Shown piece after piece: positions 30,050-39,529 of a stretch of 64,000 nt of DNA. The position numbers and the translations under genes are program-made. Position 1 is the first letter of the stretch. Each line of letters opens with the position of its first letter. The notes below the pieces were generated by a model. The model saw only the letters and a program-made list of their open reading frames with translations, was not told the DNA's origin and searched no databases. This DNA comes from Candidatus Hydrogenedentota bacterium (GTDB taxonomy: Bacteria; Hydrogenedentota; Hydrogenedentia; Hydrogenedentales; SLHB01), in the NCBI GenBank assembly GCA_963674865.2, contig CAXXYE010000004.1, positions 608,001-672,000 of the forward strand, given 5' to 3'.

Positions 30050-33000
30050 CTATTGCGCGTCCAATACCGTTCTGACGCGCGAAAGGAGCACCCCTGGGGC
30101 ATAAGGCTTCTGGATCAACTGCACGCCTTCATCCAATACAAATCGCGTGTGGATGGCGTCCTCGCTGTAGCCGCTGCTAAAGAGCACTTTCATCCCCGGG
30201 CGCAATGCCTTGATGTGTTCATACACCTGTCGGCCGCCCATCTCAGGCATCACAACGTCGAGAATCGCGAGGTCTATTTCGTCGGCATGCTCGTCGAACA
30301 TCTCGACGGCCTCTCGTCCGTTGGACGCGAGCATGACCGTATAACCGCCGCGCCGTAGGACGCGGGCCGTCACCTCTCGCACCATCCGATCGTCCTCGGC
30401 AAGAAGGACAGTCTCAGTGCCGCCCACCACTTCGGAAACGGCCTCCTGCTTGACTTCGACGGCGCGTCTTTCGGTTATGGGAAGGTAGATTTTGAAAACA
30501 CTGCCCTGCCCGAGTTCGCTGTACACCTGAATCATGCCCTCGTGCTGGGCAATAATCCCATAGACGGTTGCCAATCCAAGGCCGGTTCCTTTGTCGACAG
30601 GCTTCGTGGTGAAAAAGGGGTCGAAAACGCGCTTCTGCGTCTCCTCATCCATACCCATGCCCGAATCGGCGACCACCAGCGAAGCGTAGCGCCCCATCTT
30701 TGCCCACGGGTGAGTTTCACAATACTCGCTGTCGATGACCACGTTTTCCGTCTCGATGGTGATCGTGCCGCCTTCCGGCATCGCGTCCCTCGCGTTGACA
30801 CAGAGGTTCGTAAGAACCTGCTCAATCTGCCCCCTGTCGGCGTCAACAGCCCCTAGACCGGGCCCCGGGATGAACTTCAGGCCTATATCTTCACCTATCA
30901 CACGCCGCAGCATCTTCAGAAGGTCTTCCGTAACCTCATTCAGGTCCACAACCTTCAGATCAAGAACCTGCCTTCGACTGAAGGCCAACAACTGACGAAC
31001 CAGATCGGCCGCCCGTTTGGCGCCTCGCTGGATTCCCATGAGGTCCTCGTGGGAATCATCTCCTTCAGGATGCTCCTCAAGCAAAAACGATATCCTGGAT
31101 AGCATCGCTTGGAGGATATTGTTGAAATCGTGGGCCACGCCGCCCGCGAGCTGGCCCACCGCCTCCATGCGCTGCGCCCGGCGCAGTTGCGCATCCAATG
31201 AACGACGTTCGGTAGTATCGTCAATGACGCACACTACGCGCTCGACCTGCCCTCGTGCATCGAACAGCGGCGAGGCGCTGATGCTGAGGATTCTGGATTT
31301 ACCGTCCGGCCACGTGATGGAGTGCTCCACATCATGCACCGGCCGCCCAGTCGCCATAACGAGGCGGAACGGCAGTCGATCATCGGGAAAAGGCCTGCCA
31401 TCCGTGTCGGCGATTCGCCATTCCGGTGCGTTGTATTTTCGGCCCGTCATATCGCTCTCCGTCAGGCCCAGAATCTCCTCCGCCTGACGATTCGCAAGGA
31501 CAATCGTGCCCTCCGCATCCAGGATGGTGACGCCCAAGGGACTGTCCTCGATGATCCGATTCGACAGATCTCGTTCTCTGCGAAGCATCTCCTCCGCCTG
31601 TTTGCGCTCCGTCACATCCACATGCGACCCCACAAACCGAACAGCTTGGCCCATATCGTCAGTGAGCACTGAGCCTCGCGACGCAATCCATCGCCAGGAG
31701 CCGTCTTTGTGGCGAAACCGAAATTCGACCTCGAAGTCGTTACGACACTCGTCGATCGCCTTGTTCACTGCCCCTAAGGCGGCGGAAAGGTCGTCAGGAT
31801 GGACGCGGCTCCGCCATTCCTCAAAGTCATCTGTGATCTCGTCCTCGCCATAGCCGATCTGCGCTTTCCATTCGGTAGAGAAGTGCACCTTATTGGCAGC
31901 AAGATCCCAGTCCCAAAGTCCAATGTTTCCGCCGCGCGCCGTCGCGCGGTAACGTAGGTTGGCTTCCTGAAGGTCATCCTGAGCCTTCTTCCTGGCTGTA
32001 ATGTCCTGAAAAATGCCGTGGAGGCGTACACTCTTCCCGTTGCGGAACTCAGGTTTGCCGATGGTATGCGCCCACAGCTTGCGTCCCTTCGCCGTGACGA
32101 AGGGGATCTCCATATCGTAAGGGATCCCCTCTTCTTTCGCCCGCCGGATGGCCTCAGCCAACTCCTCCCGCGCGTCAGGAAAAAAGTCTATGGCCTCTTC
32201 AAGGGATGGTACATAGTCGGCCGGGACTTCATGGATGGCCCTGGTCGTATCCGTCCAGATCACGGTGTTGTCGTTGAGGTCGATCTCCCAGCCGCCAACG
32301 CGCGCCATATCGCCGGTTTCGTTCAGGAGTTCGTGCGCTTTAAGCAACTCCTGTTCGGCCTTCTTGCGCTCGGTAATGTCGGCGGAAACTCCGCATAGGG
32401 CGACCGCATTCCCGTTCTCGTCTCGAACGATCTGTGTGTGACAGTCCATGATGAGTTCACGGCCATCGGCGGTTCGATTGATAACTTCGCCGCGCCACTC
32501 TCCGTCGCGAAGTGTCTCTTCGATGATCGCCTCTTGTGTGGCCCCCCGCGCCGGATCATCGCCAAAGGCTTTCACGGACCTTCCAATGAGTTCGTCGCGC
32601 GAATAGCCCAGGACCTTCACCTCGGCTTCGTTCACATACGTGATGACGCCGTTGAGATCCGTCACCACCACGCAGTCCCTTGTCTGCTCCAATACAAGTC
32701 CATGCAGCCGCAGTTCCGCCTCTGCTTGCTTCTGCGCGGTAACGTCCTGAACGGACCCGAAGAGCCGGACGACGCGGCCATCATCGGCCTTCTCTGGAAA
32801 ACCCCGCGCCACGCAAATTCTTGTCGTGCCATCAGCACGGATAGCGCGCAGTTCGAGTTCGTATGGCGTGCCGTCCTTTAGAGCGGCGTCAACGGCCGCG
32901 CGAAGCCGCTCCATGTCTTCAAGCGGATACAACTGGGAATGTTCGGCGTACGAGGGAGCGCCCTTGCCCGGCTCGCGCCCGAAGATGCGGAACAGTTCCT

Positions 33001-35080
33001 CCGACCAGGTCACCGTGTCGGTGCTGGGATCCCACTCCCAACTACCGATATGCGAGATGCTTTCGGTGCGGGCCAGCATTGCCCGACTCTCGCGAAGGGC
33101 CACTTCATGTCTTCGCTCCTGCGTAATGTCCCTGGCCGTGGACAGCGCACCGACAGTATTGCCCGCTTCGTCCTTCAGGCCACGGCACCACCAAGCCAGG
33201 AGCCGCTCTTGCCCGTCCTTGCGCCGCTGCAGACTCTCGACATAGATGGTGTTCTCTTGGCCGTCGAAAACAGGCTCCACTACACGGTAGGTTTCCTGCT
33301 CGCCGACGAAATACTCGGCCGCTTCGCGCCCGATCACGTCGTCGCCGAAGAACGCGTAACCGGCTGGATTGGCCCAGACGTACACCTTGTTCGCGTCGGT
33401 CTCCATCACGATATCCGGGATCTCTTCCAGCATGGCCTGATGGCGGCCCGATAGCGCAGCCAGATCCGACGTGCGCGCCGCGACCTGCTTGCGCAGGCTC
33501 CACGACCATAGAAGCGTCAACAGCGCGATGGCCGCTAGCGGCCCGGCAACCAGGGCCATGTAGGTGAGCGCTTTGCGTAGCCTGAATGCCTCCTCGCCGT
33601 ATGCGCCAAGCCATTTCTCTTGGATACGGCGGCGTTCCTCGGTGAGCGCAACGGCATTCAGACCTTCTTCGAGTTCCGATAACAGGGCGCGATTCCCGTG
33701 CGAAACGGCAAAGCAGTACTCCGGCGACATCAGCGGAGTACGCCCAACAACCAAGTTGTCCCAACCTTCGCGCTCAATCAAGTAGAACGCCGTCATCCGC
33801 GCCATCAATGCGCAATCGTACTGCCCTTCCGCAAGCGCACGGAGAGCGTCTTCCGGAGCATCCACCGTGGCAAGTCCGCCCGTCAGGCCATGCTCACGAG
33901 CATAATCGTGCATGATGTCGCCGTCCTGAACGACGATGCGTTTTCCCTGTAGCTCGGTGGCCGAAGACGGGGGAGGTCCTTCGCCCTTGCGCACCACGCT
34001 CACGCGATGGTTCACGATGTGGGCTTGCGAGAAGTCAAGGACAAGGTCGCGTTCAGGCGAGTAGTATGCGCCCAGCAAGGCATCGATATCGCCGCGTTCG
34101 AGAGCTTCCCGCATCTCGGCCCAGGGGCCGAGATGGATGCGTATATCGAGGCCGGCGGCGGCGGCAACGGCGCGCATCAAGTCCACGTTATAGCCCGTAG
34201 GATGTCCCTCATCGTCCAAGAACTCGAAGGGGGGATAGTTGTGATCGCCGCCGACGAGGATAGGCCTGTCCGAGGGCAGTTCGTAGGCGGCGAACCACTT
34301 GGCATGGAGATGTCGATATGTCCCGTCGGCCATGACGATGGCGAGGCCCTCGTTGAGGAGAGCCAACGTGTCTCGATCGCCCTCCCTGACGGCAAAGCAG
34401 AAGTCCTGACGAAAACCTTCAACAGGCCTCTCAATGACTCTAAGGTTCGTCAGGCCGGTTTCGTGGATGAGCCGCAAGGCCACGAGCCGCTGCGAGACCA
34501 CCGCATCGTAGCGCCCTCCGCTTAGTTGGCGGAACGCTTCCTCAAAAGTGCCGGTGGCGTGGATCGCCAGCCCGCGGTCCTCCCGACGCAGGAACTCCTC
34601 GGCATTGTCGCCCTTCATGACGGCAACCTGCCGGCCCCGTAGATCACTCATCGTGCGGATGTCTGTAACATCCTTACGCACCACGATGGCCCCGTGAAGC
34701 GACATATAGGGAAAAGTGAAGTCGAAAAGCGCCTCGCGCTCCGGCGTTCGGCCGACAAGCGGCAAGACCTCAATCTCACCTCGCTCGAGCCAGCCGCGCA
34801 CCTCAGCCCATTGCCCGGTGCGAAAAGAGACTTCGCGATCCATACGGGCCATTGCCGCCCGCAGCAGCTCCACGGAAAAACCCCCGGCCTGCCCCTCCTC
34901 ATCTACAATGCAGAAAGGAGGATAATCGACCTCGCACCCGCTTGTAAGAGAGGAACCGGCAGCCAAGGCCAACGAGAGCCGGAAGAAGAGTAGGAGTCCC
35001 AGAGCCAGACAAAGAGCCACCGGATACGGGGAAAACAACCGCTCCGCCGGCCATCTGTCTCTGCGCCCAAGTGCCGTCAT
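30050..35080 (-). CDS. Hybrid sensor histidine kinase: 2 periplasmic solute-binding domains, TM, 6 PAS, HisKA, HATPase, REC
   Basis: DYPPF and NYPPF SBP domains, six PAS/PAC repeats, GVAHDFNN, NARDAM, GTGLGL, LDVVMP. Start is uncertain (ORF open to 35170). Confidence 0.93.
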   Translation of the reverse strand: MTALGRRDRWPAERLFSPYPVALCLALGLLLFFRLSLALAAGSSLTSGCEVDYPPFCIVDEEGQAGGFSVELLRAAMARMDREVSFRTGQWAEVRGWLERGEIEVLPLVGRTPEREALFDFTFPYMSLHGAIVVRKDVTDIRTMSDLRGRQVAVMKGDNAEEFLRREDRGLAIHATGTFEEAFRQLSGGRYDAVVSQRLVALRLIHETGLTNLRVIERPVEGFRQDFCFAVREGDRDTLALLNEGLAIVMADGTYRHLHAKWFAAYELPSDRPILVGGDHNYPPFEFLDDEGHPTGYNVDLMRAVAAAAGLDIRIHLGPWAEMREALERGDIDALLGAYYSPERDLVLDFSQAHIVNHRVSVVRKGEGPPPSSATELQGKRIVVQDGDIMHDYAREHGLTGGLATVDAPEDALRALAEGQYDCALMARMTAFYLIEREGWDNLVVGRTPLMSPEYCFAVSHGNRALLSELEEGLNAVALTEERRRIQEKWLGAYGEEAFRLRKALTYMALVAGPLAAIALLTLLWSWSLRKQVAARTSDLAALSGRHQAMLEEIPDIVMETDANKVYVWANPAGYAFFGDDVIGREAAEYFVGEQETYRVVEPVFDGQENTIYVESLQRRKDGQERLLAWWCRGLKDEAGNTVGALSTARDITQERRHEVALRESRAMLARTESISHIGSWEWDPSTDTVTWSEELFRIFGREPGKGAPSYAEHSQLYPLEDMERLRAAVDAALKDGTPYELELRAIRADGTTRICVARGFPEKADDGRVVRLFGSVQDVTAQKQAEAELRLHGLVLEQTRDCVVVTDLNGVITYVNEAEVKVLGYSRDELIGRSVKAFGDDPARGATQEAIIEETLRDGEWRGEVINRTADGRELIMDCHTQIVRDENGNAVALCGVSADITERKKAEQELLKAHELLNETGDMARVGGWEIDLNDNTVIWTDTTRAIHEVPADYVPSLEEAIDFFPDAREELAEAIRRAKEEGIPYDMEIPFVTAKGRKLWAHTIGKPEFRNGKSVRLHGIFQDITARKKAQDDLQEANLRYRATARGGNIGLWDWDLAANKVHFSTEWKAQIGYGEDEITDDFEEWRSRVHPDDLSAALGAVNKAIDECRNDFEVEFRFRHKDGSWRWIASRGSVLTDDMGQAVRFVGSHVDVTERKQAEEMLRRERDLSNRIIEDSPLGVTILDAEGTIVLANRQAEEILGLTESDMTGRKYNAPEWRIADTDGRPFPDDRLPFRLVMATGRPVHDVEHSITWPDGKSRILSISASPLFDARGQVERVVCVIDDTTERRSLDAQLRRAQRMEAVGQLAGGVAHDFNNILQAMLSRISFLLEEHPEGDDSHEDLMGIQRGAKRAADLVRQLLAFSRRQVLDLKVVDLNEVTEDLLKMLRRVIGEDIGLKFIPGPGLGAVDADRGQIEQVLTNLCVNARDAMPEGGTITIETENVVIDSEYCETHPWAKMGRYASLVVADSGMGMDEETQKRVFDPFFTTKPVDKGTGLGLATVYGIIAQHEGMIQVYSELGQGSVFKIYLPITERRAVEVKQEAVSEVVGGTETVLLAEDDRMVREVTARVLRRGGYTVMLASNGREAVEMFDEHADEIDLAILDVVMPEMGGRQVYEHIKALRPGMKVLFSSGYSEDAIHTRFVLDEGVQLIQKPYAPGVLLSRVRTVLDAQ

Positions 35081-35570
35081 TGCGCCAATCCAGTGGGAGG
35101 TGAGGACATCTGCGTACAGTAACTGCGTCACGAGCCAAGGGGTCGTGAACTCTAGACTAGTCGGAAACACCGCAATCGGTCAAGCCCGAGGAAGCCGGAG
35201 AATGCCGGCAGTAGATCCAGTTAAGGCCCTGCCCGGCCTGAGTTTCCGCGAATTTCCCGCAGGTTTCTTGACAATGAGGGCCTCTACTCAGACAATATCC
35301 TGCCTTTTTTGTTCGTGTATGGGACGGAACCAGATTGCGACGCCGCTGACCGCCGCAGGGAGGTGGTGTATTTTTTGCTTTTCTGCTATCGCACATGAAA
35401 TGAAATGGCGCCGCCAAGCGTTAATAGTCACGAGTTTGTGTAGGAATATTTTATTGCGCTGCGGTGTTTTTATGCCTGCGGCGACAATGGAATAAGGATA
35501 GTGCTGTTCTGCCTGCGCGGAAACTCAACAAAAGTAGCGCGGGCCGGAAGACGCTTCGTAGGCACAACGC

Positions 35571-36359
35571 ATGGATGGGGTGAATCAGCTCATGGATTGT
35601 GAGAGCGAATCGCAGGGAACTTCCCAAGTGGGCGAGTTCTTTGAACTTCCTAAAGCCGTTTCCAGGCACATCAAAGACTGTGCGCACGCCCATGATGCCG
35701 ACAATCCGGCTTGCCCCTTGTGCCTCAAGTACCTTTGGATTTACGTCTCCGATAAGGGCCTTAGGCGAGCTGGCGACGGGCCGCATCATCACCTATCCAG
35801 CGAGGAGTGGCTCGGGGTCGTTGATGAAGCCGCCTCCCTCGGCGCACATTGCCTCGTACTTTGCGTTGAAGGGCCGTTAGGCGCCCACCCTGAGGTCTGG
35901 AAGCTATGCCGCTGGGCTCAGGAAGCCTACGCCATGCACGTCGGCATCTACATCTTCGACGGGACCCCCTCCGAGGCCGACGTTAAGGAACTTACCTCCC
36001 TGGACAAGAGCAAGACGTGCTTGCTCGTCGACAGCGACCACGAGAAAACTGTCCAATTCGTCGAGGACTTGGGCATTCGCGTGTGTCCGGCCGACGTAGA
36101 CCCCCAAGAGCAATGCCCCCCCTGTGATCTCCCGCAAAGCGTCATTTGCGTCGGCGCCGAAGGCGTCATGTACACCTGCGGCCTCGTGCTCGGAGACAAC
36201 CGCTTCAACCTGGGCCACATTTCTGATAAGCCCCTGGAAGCCGTCGTGAACGATGATTCCCTGCCGCACACAATCCCGGGAAGCGTCACGTGCTCAAAGA
36301 AAGGTTGCAGCGCCTGTCCGCCAATCATGGCCAAACGCGTCCTGGAAGGCCACGAATAA
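35571..36359 (+). CDS. Degenerate radical SAM-like protein with SPASM-like C-terminus
   Basis: LKYLWIYVS, LSSEEW..VVDEAASLG, C-x12-G-x4-C, NLGHI, CSKKGCSACP. No CxxxCxxC. Confidence 0.7.
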   Translation: MDGVNQLMDCESESQGTSQVGEFFELPKAVSRHIKDCAHAHDADNPACPLCLKYLWIYVSDKGLRRAGDGPHHHLSSEEWLGVVDEAASLGAHCLVLCVEGPLGAHPEVWKLCRWAQEAYAMHVGIYIFDGTPSEADVKELTSLDKSKTCLLVDSDHEKTVQFVEDLGIRVCPADVDPQEQCPPCDLPQSVICVGAEGVMYTCGLVLGDNRFNLGHISDKPLEAVVNDDSLPHTIPGSVTCSKKGCSACPPIMAKRVLEGHE

Positions 36360-36370
36360 ACCGCCACAGA

Positions 36371-36521
36371 GGAGCTGTTGAAAAAGTCGCATTCGCCCCA
36401 GAGGTCGAGCGAAACACCGGGACTGTCCCAAACGGAGTCCGCCGCAGGCGGACGCAGACGGGGCTGTCCCAGGTCCTTTCGCGGCCTGCATCTGGCGACT
36501 CTCGACTTTTTCAACGGCCCC
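36371..36521. mobile_element. MITE-like element
   Basis: 19-bp TIRs (17/19) ggagctgttgaaaaagtcg/cgactttttcaacggcccc, flanked by direct repeat acaga. No ORF of note. Confidence 0.65.
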
Positions 36522-36631
36522 ACAGACACACCCCAAGCGTTATTTCCACGTCCTGTTAGCTACTCTTACCCACAATCGCCGACGAACGCACGGCACAATG
36601 GGCAACCCTACCCCCGGTTCTCATCGCTTTC

Positions 36632-36660
36632 TTGACACGCCCTAAGCGGTATGCTAACAT
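36632..36660 (+). promoter_or_regulatory. tRNA operon promoter
   Basis: TTGACA-17 nt-TAACAT with TGn. Confidence 0.7.
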
Positions 36661-36674
36661 TCCGCTCGTACTGA

Positions 36675-36749
<75 letters not shown>

Positions 36750-36764
36750 TTTTGTTTTTCCTGC

Positions 36765-36840
36765 GGGCCGCTAGCTCAGTTGGTAGAGCAGGTGACTCTT
36801 AATCACAAGGTCGGGGGTTCGATCCCCTCGCGGCCCACCA
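36765..36840 (+). tRNA. tRNA-Lys(CTT)
   Basis: gggccgc/gcggccc acceptor, anticodon loop ctCTTaa, GGTTCGATCCC, CCA end. Confidence 0.97.
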
Positions 36841-36848
36841 TTGAAAAT

Positions 36849-36880
36849 AAAGGGCTTACGCAATAGCGTAGGCCCTTTTC
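36849..36880 (+). terminator. Intrinsic terminator after the tRNAs
   Basis: aaagggcttacgc-aata-gcgtaggcccttttc stem-loop with T run. Confidence 0.75.
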
Positions 36881-36935
36881 CTTTCACCCGCCCCGCCGCC
36901 GTTCTCCCCCAAGACGACGGGCCATTCCGGAGACG

Positions 36936-39323
36936 CTAGCGGCTAGCCGGTTCTCGCTGCACGCCCGCCTCTTTGAGGTGGGCCGGTATCGTGTCCATGC
37001 GCATGAGCCACACTTCCCCGACTTGGCATCCCCGCTTCTCCACCAGATTCCACCGGAGTTGGAGCCGGCCGTCGGCCGTGGCCTCCTTCGGAACGAGAAA
37101 GTTCAGCGGGGCAATCGGTTGCGGCATTGCGAGCGCGCCGTGGATCTCACGCATTCCGTCGGCCGTAAGCGTCATCGTCGGCCGGTAGCGCCCCGCATAG
37201 GTGACGCGTAAGACATACTGGGCATCTTTGTCCAGCCCGTCGTACCGCATGAGGAGCGGCGTACCGAACAGCGTCTCGGCAACCTGTATCCACGACAGAC
37301 GTTTGCCCTGCGTTCGGCCGTCAACGCCCTCGCGCGGCGAATGCACACGCCCAGGATCCGATTCCCACGGCATCTGATGGACGAGATGCTGCTGCCGCCC
37401 GGCGCAGCCCAGGTTGTCGTACGAGCCCCCTTCGCCGGCGTCTTCCCAGTGGACAATAGCGTCGATGCGGGCCAGCCGCGCACCATCGGACGGCAGCGAG
37501 GCAAGGGCGTCGAGTTCCGACTCGATCCAGGAGCGGTTGGTGACGGGCTCATCCATCTTATCCAGGACCGCGCCCCGCTCCGAATTGTGCGCCAGGAAAG
37601 GCGCGGCCGTTGCAGGTTGGAAGCCGATGCGGTTGAAGAGCCTCAGGGCGAGGTCCTCGATAGCCTTTCTGAGTTCCGGGTCGACCGGCCCGTCGGCTCG
37701 GGCAAGGGCAGCGCGCGCCCGCTCGACGGCCGTCTGCCAATCCGTTTCACGCGCAGCCGCAAGCGCCGCGAGGGCTTCGACCTCGTGTCCGCGCTCCGCG
37801 ATGACCTTCTGACGCACCCAGTCATCAAAAAGCGCTCGGAAGCAGTAGAGCTGCACCCGCCAATTATCTTGGAGGTCAGGCTCCTCAAGCAGCGACGTCC
37901 AGAGCGCGCGGGCCTCGGGAATAGCTTGGTTTGCGGCCGGGTCGCCCTTCCAGGAGTCTTCGAGCATCAGGAGGGCCTTCTGGCCGGTTTCGGCGAAGCG
38001 GTCGCCGATGAACGCCGAGGCGTATTCCCGCGCCATAGCCTCGGCGCTCAAGGTGTCATCCCAACCGAGAAGACTGAACACCGCCTTGTTTGCGTCGTCG
38101 TTGACGCCCTCGGAATAGGTGAGGAAACCGCCGTCGGCAAGTCCTTCAAAGAGCTTGTAGATATGGGCAAAGTCATGGAACCTCGGGCAGATCGGCTCGC
38201 GTCCTTGAAGAATGCCGAACGCGATATTCCATTCGGAGACGGGATACTGGCAGCGGAGCGTATGCGTGATGTCGGGATACCGGCGCACAGGAATCGACTC
38301 CGGCGTTCTCCGCCGCTCTTCGGCGAAATCGCATTTCGCCCACGGCGCAAACACGACGCCGCCCAGCCAGGACACGTCGTGCTCTTCCATGTATGCGAAG
38401 AAAAAGTCGTTCTGCTCCGGCGTGAAGCCTTGGTTCGACACCTGGAGCAGCGCCTTCGGATGCTCCTCATGCAGCACGCCCGCCATCTTCTCGAGGAAAG
38501 GCATGAGCACCTCCGGCGGCGTGTCTCCCGGATCCCCACCCGGCACAAACACCCCGGCCAGGTGCGGCGTATTCCGAAAGATGGCCCGGTGTTTTCTGAG
38601 GACCTCCTCCTCCGTGGCGGGATCAGACACATCTTCCGGCAACTCGACGTAGAGCCAGAACTCGAGGCCGTATTCACCGATCAGTTCGGATAGCCTGCGG
38701 TTCATCTCGGTCTTGGTAGACAGCATGTGCGGGCTGTCGAGTTCATCGTAGATATCATTGCCGGAACGCAGCTCAATCGCATTGCATCCCAGGATGATCT
38801 GATCGCGGATGTATTCGTGCCACGCATCGAAATCCCACGCGTCGAAGGTGTTAACCAGGCTGCGGTAGGCCACCTGGTGGCCGCGCAAAGGCGTCACAGG
38901 CGCCGCGGTGACGTCCATCTCCGGATCGGCCAGCACGACGCCACGATCGAGATACAGCAACCGGACAAGCCGCCCGGCCCCGAACACAACGCCCCGAAGG
39001 TCGTTCCCAATAACGCGGAGTACAAGCCGAGGAGAGCGTTCCACGCGTATCGAGTAGCCCTCCGGCGTCCCGCCTTTCCCCACCTCCAGCGTGATCAAAG
39101 GCGCTTCGCCGGACGGCTCCGACGAGATCGCCAGACGGACGCCGCTGCGCTCCTCTATCTCCGTCTGCAGCAATGCCGCCGCCCGGGCCATCGCGGCTTC
39201 ATTGCCCTGCAACGTGATTAGCGAGGAGGAGAAATCGACCCAGCTCGTGGGCGTTTCGCAAAGCCCTTGCGCCGCAGCCAAGGAAACCACCGTGATTAAG
39301 AGAGCAACTCTGTTTCTCATCAT
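36936..39323 (-). CDS. Secreted protein with GH20/GH67-type zincin-like N-domain; putative glycoside hydrolase
   Basis: Signal peptide, EGYSI...GNDLRGVVFGAGRL, PLRGHQ, FVPGGDPG, YPDITH, YSEGVNDD. Confidence 0.65.
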   Translation of the reverse strand: MMRNRVALLITVVSLAAAQGLCETPTSWVDFSSSLITLQGNEAAMARAAALLQTEIEERSGVRLAISSEPSGEAPLITLEVGKGGTPEGYSIRVERSPRLVLRVIGNDLRGVVFGAGRLVRLLYLDRGVVLADPEMDVTAAPVTPLRGHQVAYRSLVNTFDAWDFDAWHEYIRDQIILGCNAIELRSGNDIYDELDSPHMLSTKTEMNRRLSELIGEYGLEFWLYVELPEDVSDPATEEEVLRKHRAIFRNTPHLAGVFVPGGDPGDTPPEVLMPFLEKMAGVLHEEHPKALLQVSNQGFTPEQNDFFFAYMEEHDVSWLGGVVFAPWAKCDFAEERRRTPESIPVRRYPDITHTLRCQYPVSEWNIAFGILQGREPICPRFHDFAHIYKLFEGLADGGFLTYSEGVNDDANKAVFSLLGWDDTLSAEAMAREYASAFIGDRFAETGQKALLMLEDSWKGDPAANQAIPEARALWTSLLEEPDLQDNWRVQLYCFRALFDDWVRQKVIAERGHEVEALAALAAARETDWQTAVERARAALARADGPVDPELRKAIEDLALRLFNRIGFQPATAAPFLAHNSERGAVLDKMDEPVTNRSWIESELDALASLPSDGARLARIDAIVHWEDAGEGGSYDNLGCAGRQQHLVHQMPWESDPGRVHSPREGVDGRTQGKRLSWIQVAETLFGTPLLMRYDGLDKDAQYVLRVTYAGRYRPTMTLTADGMREIHGALAMPQPIAPLNFLVPKEATADGRLQLRWNLVEKRGCQVGEVWLMRMDTIPAHLKEAGVQREPASR

Positions 39324-39529
39324 CCCACTCCCCAGGTACACGCCTCGGACTTTGGGCAACTCGGATGCCGGTTTGTCAGTGTCAGGCCCATAGCATAGGC
39401 TACGTGGCGGGTCCTGCTTCTTCAAGCCGTCTCGCAGGCCGTTGCGCGAAGTACTCTTCTTTGGCGTCCAGCAAACCTAATCGCCTATACTCCGCGGTGT
39501 AGCAGGCGCACGCAAGGAGCACGGGCACA

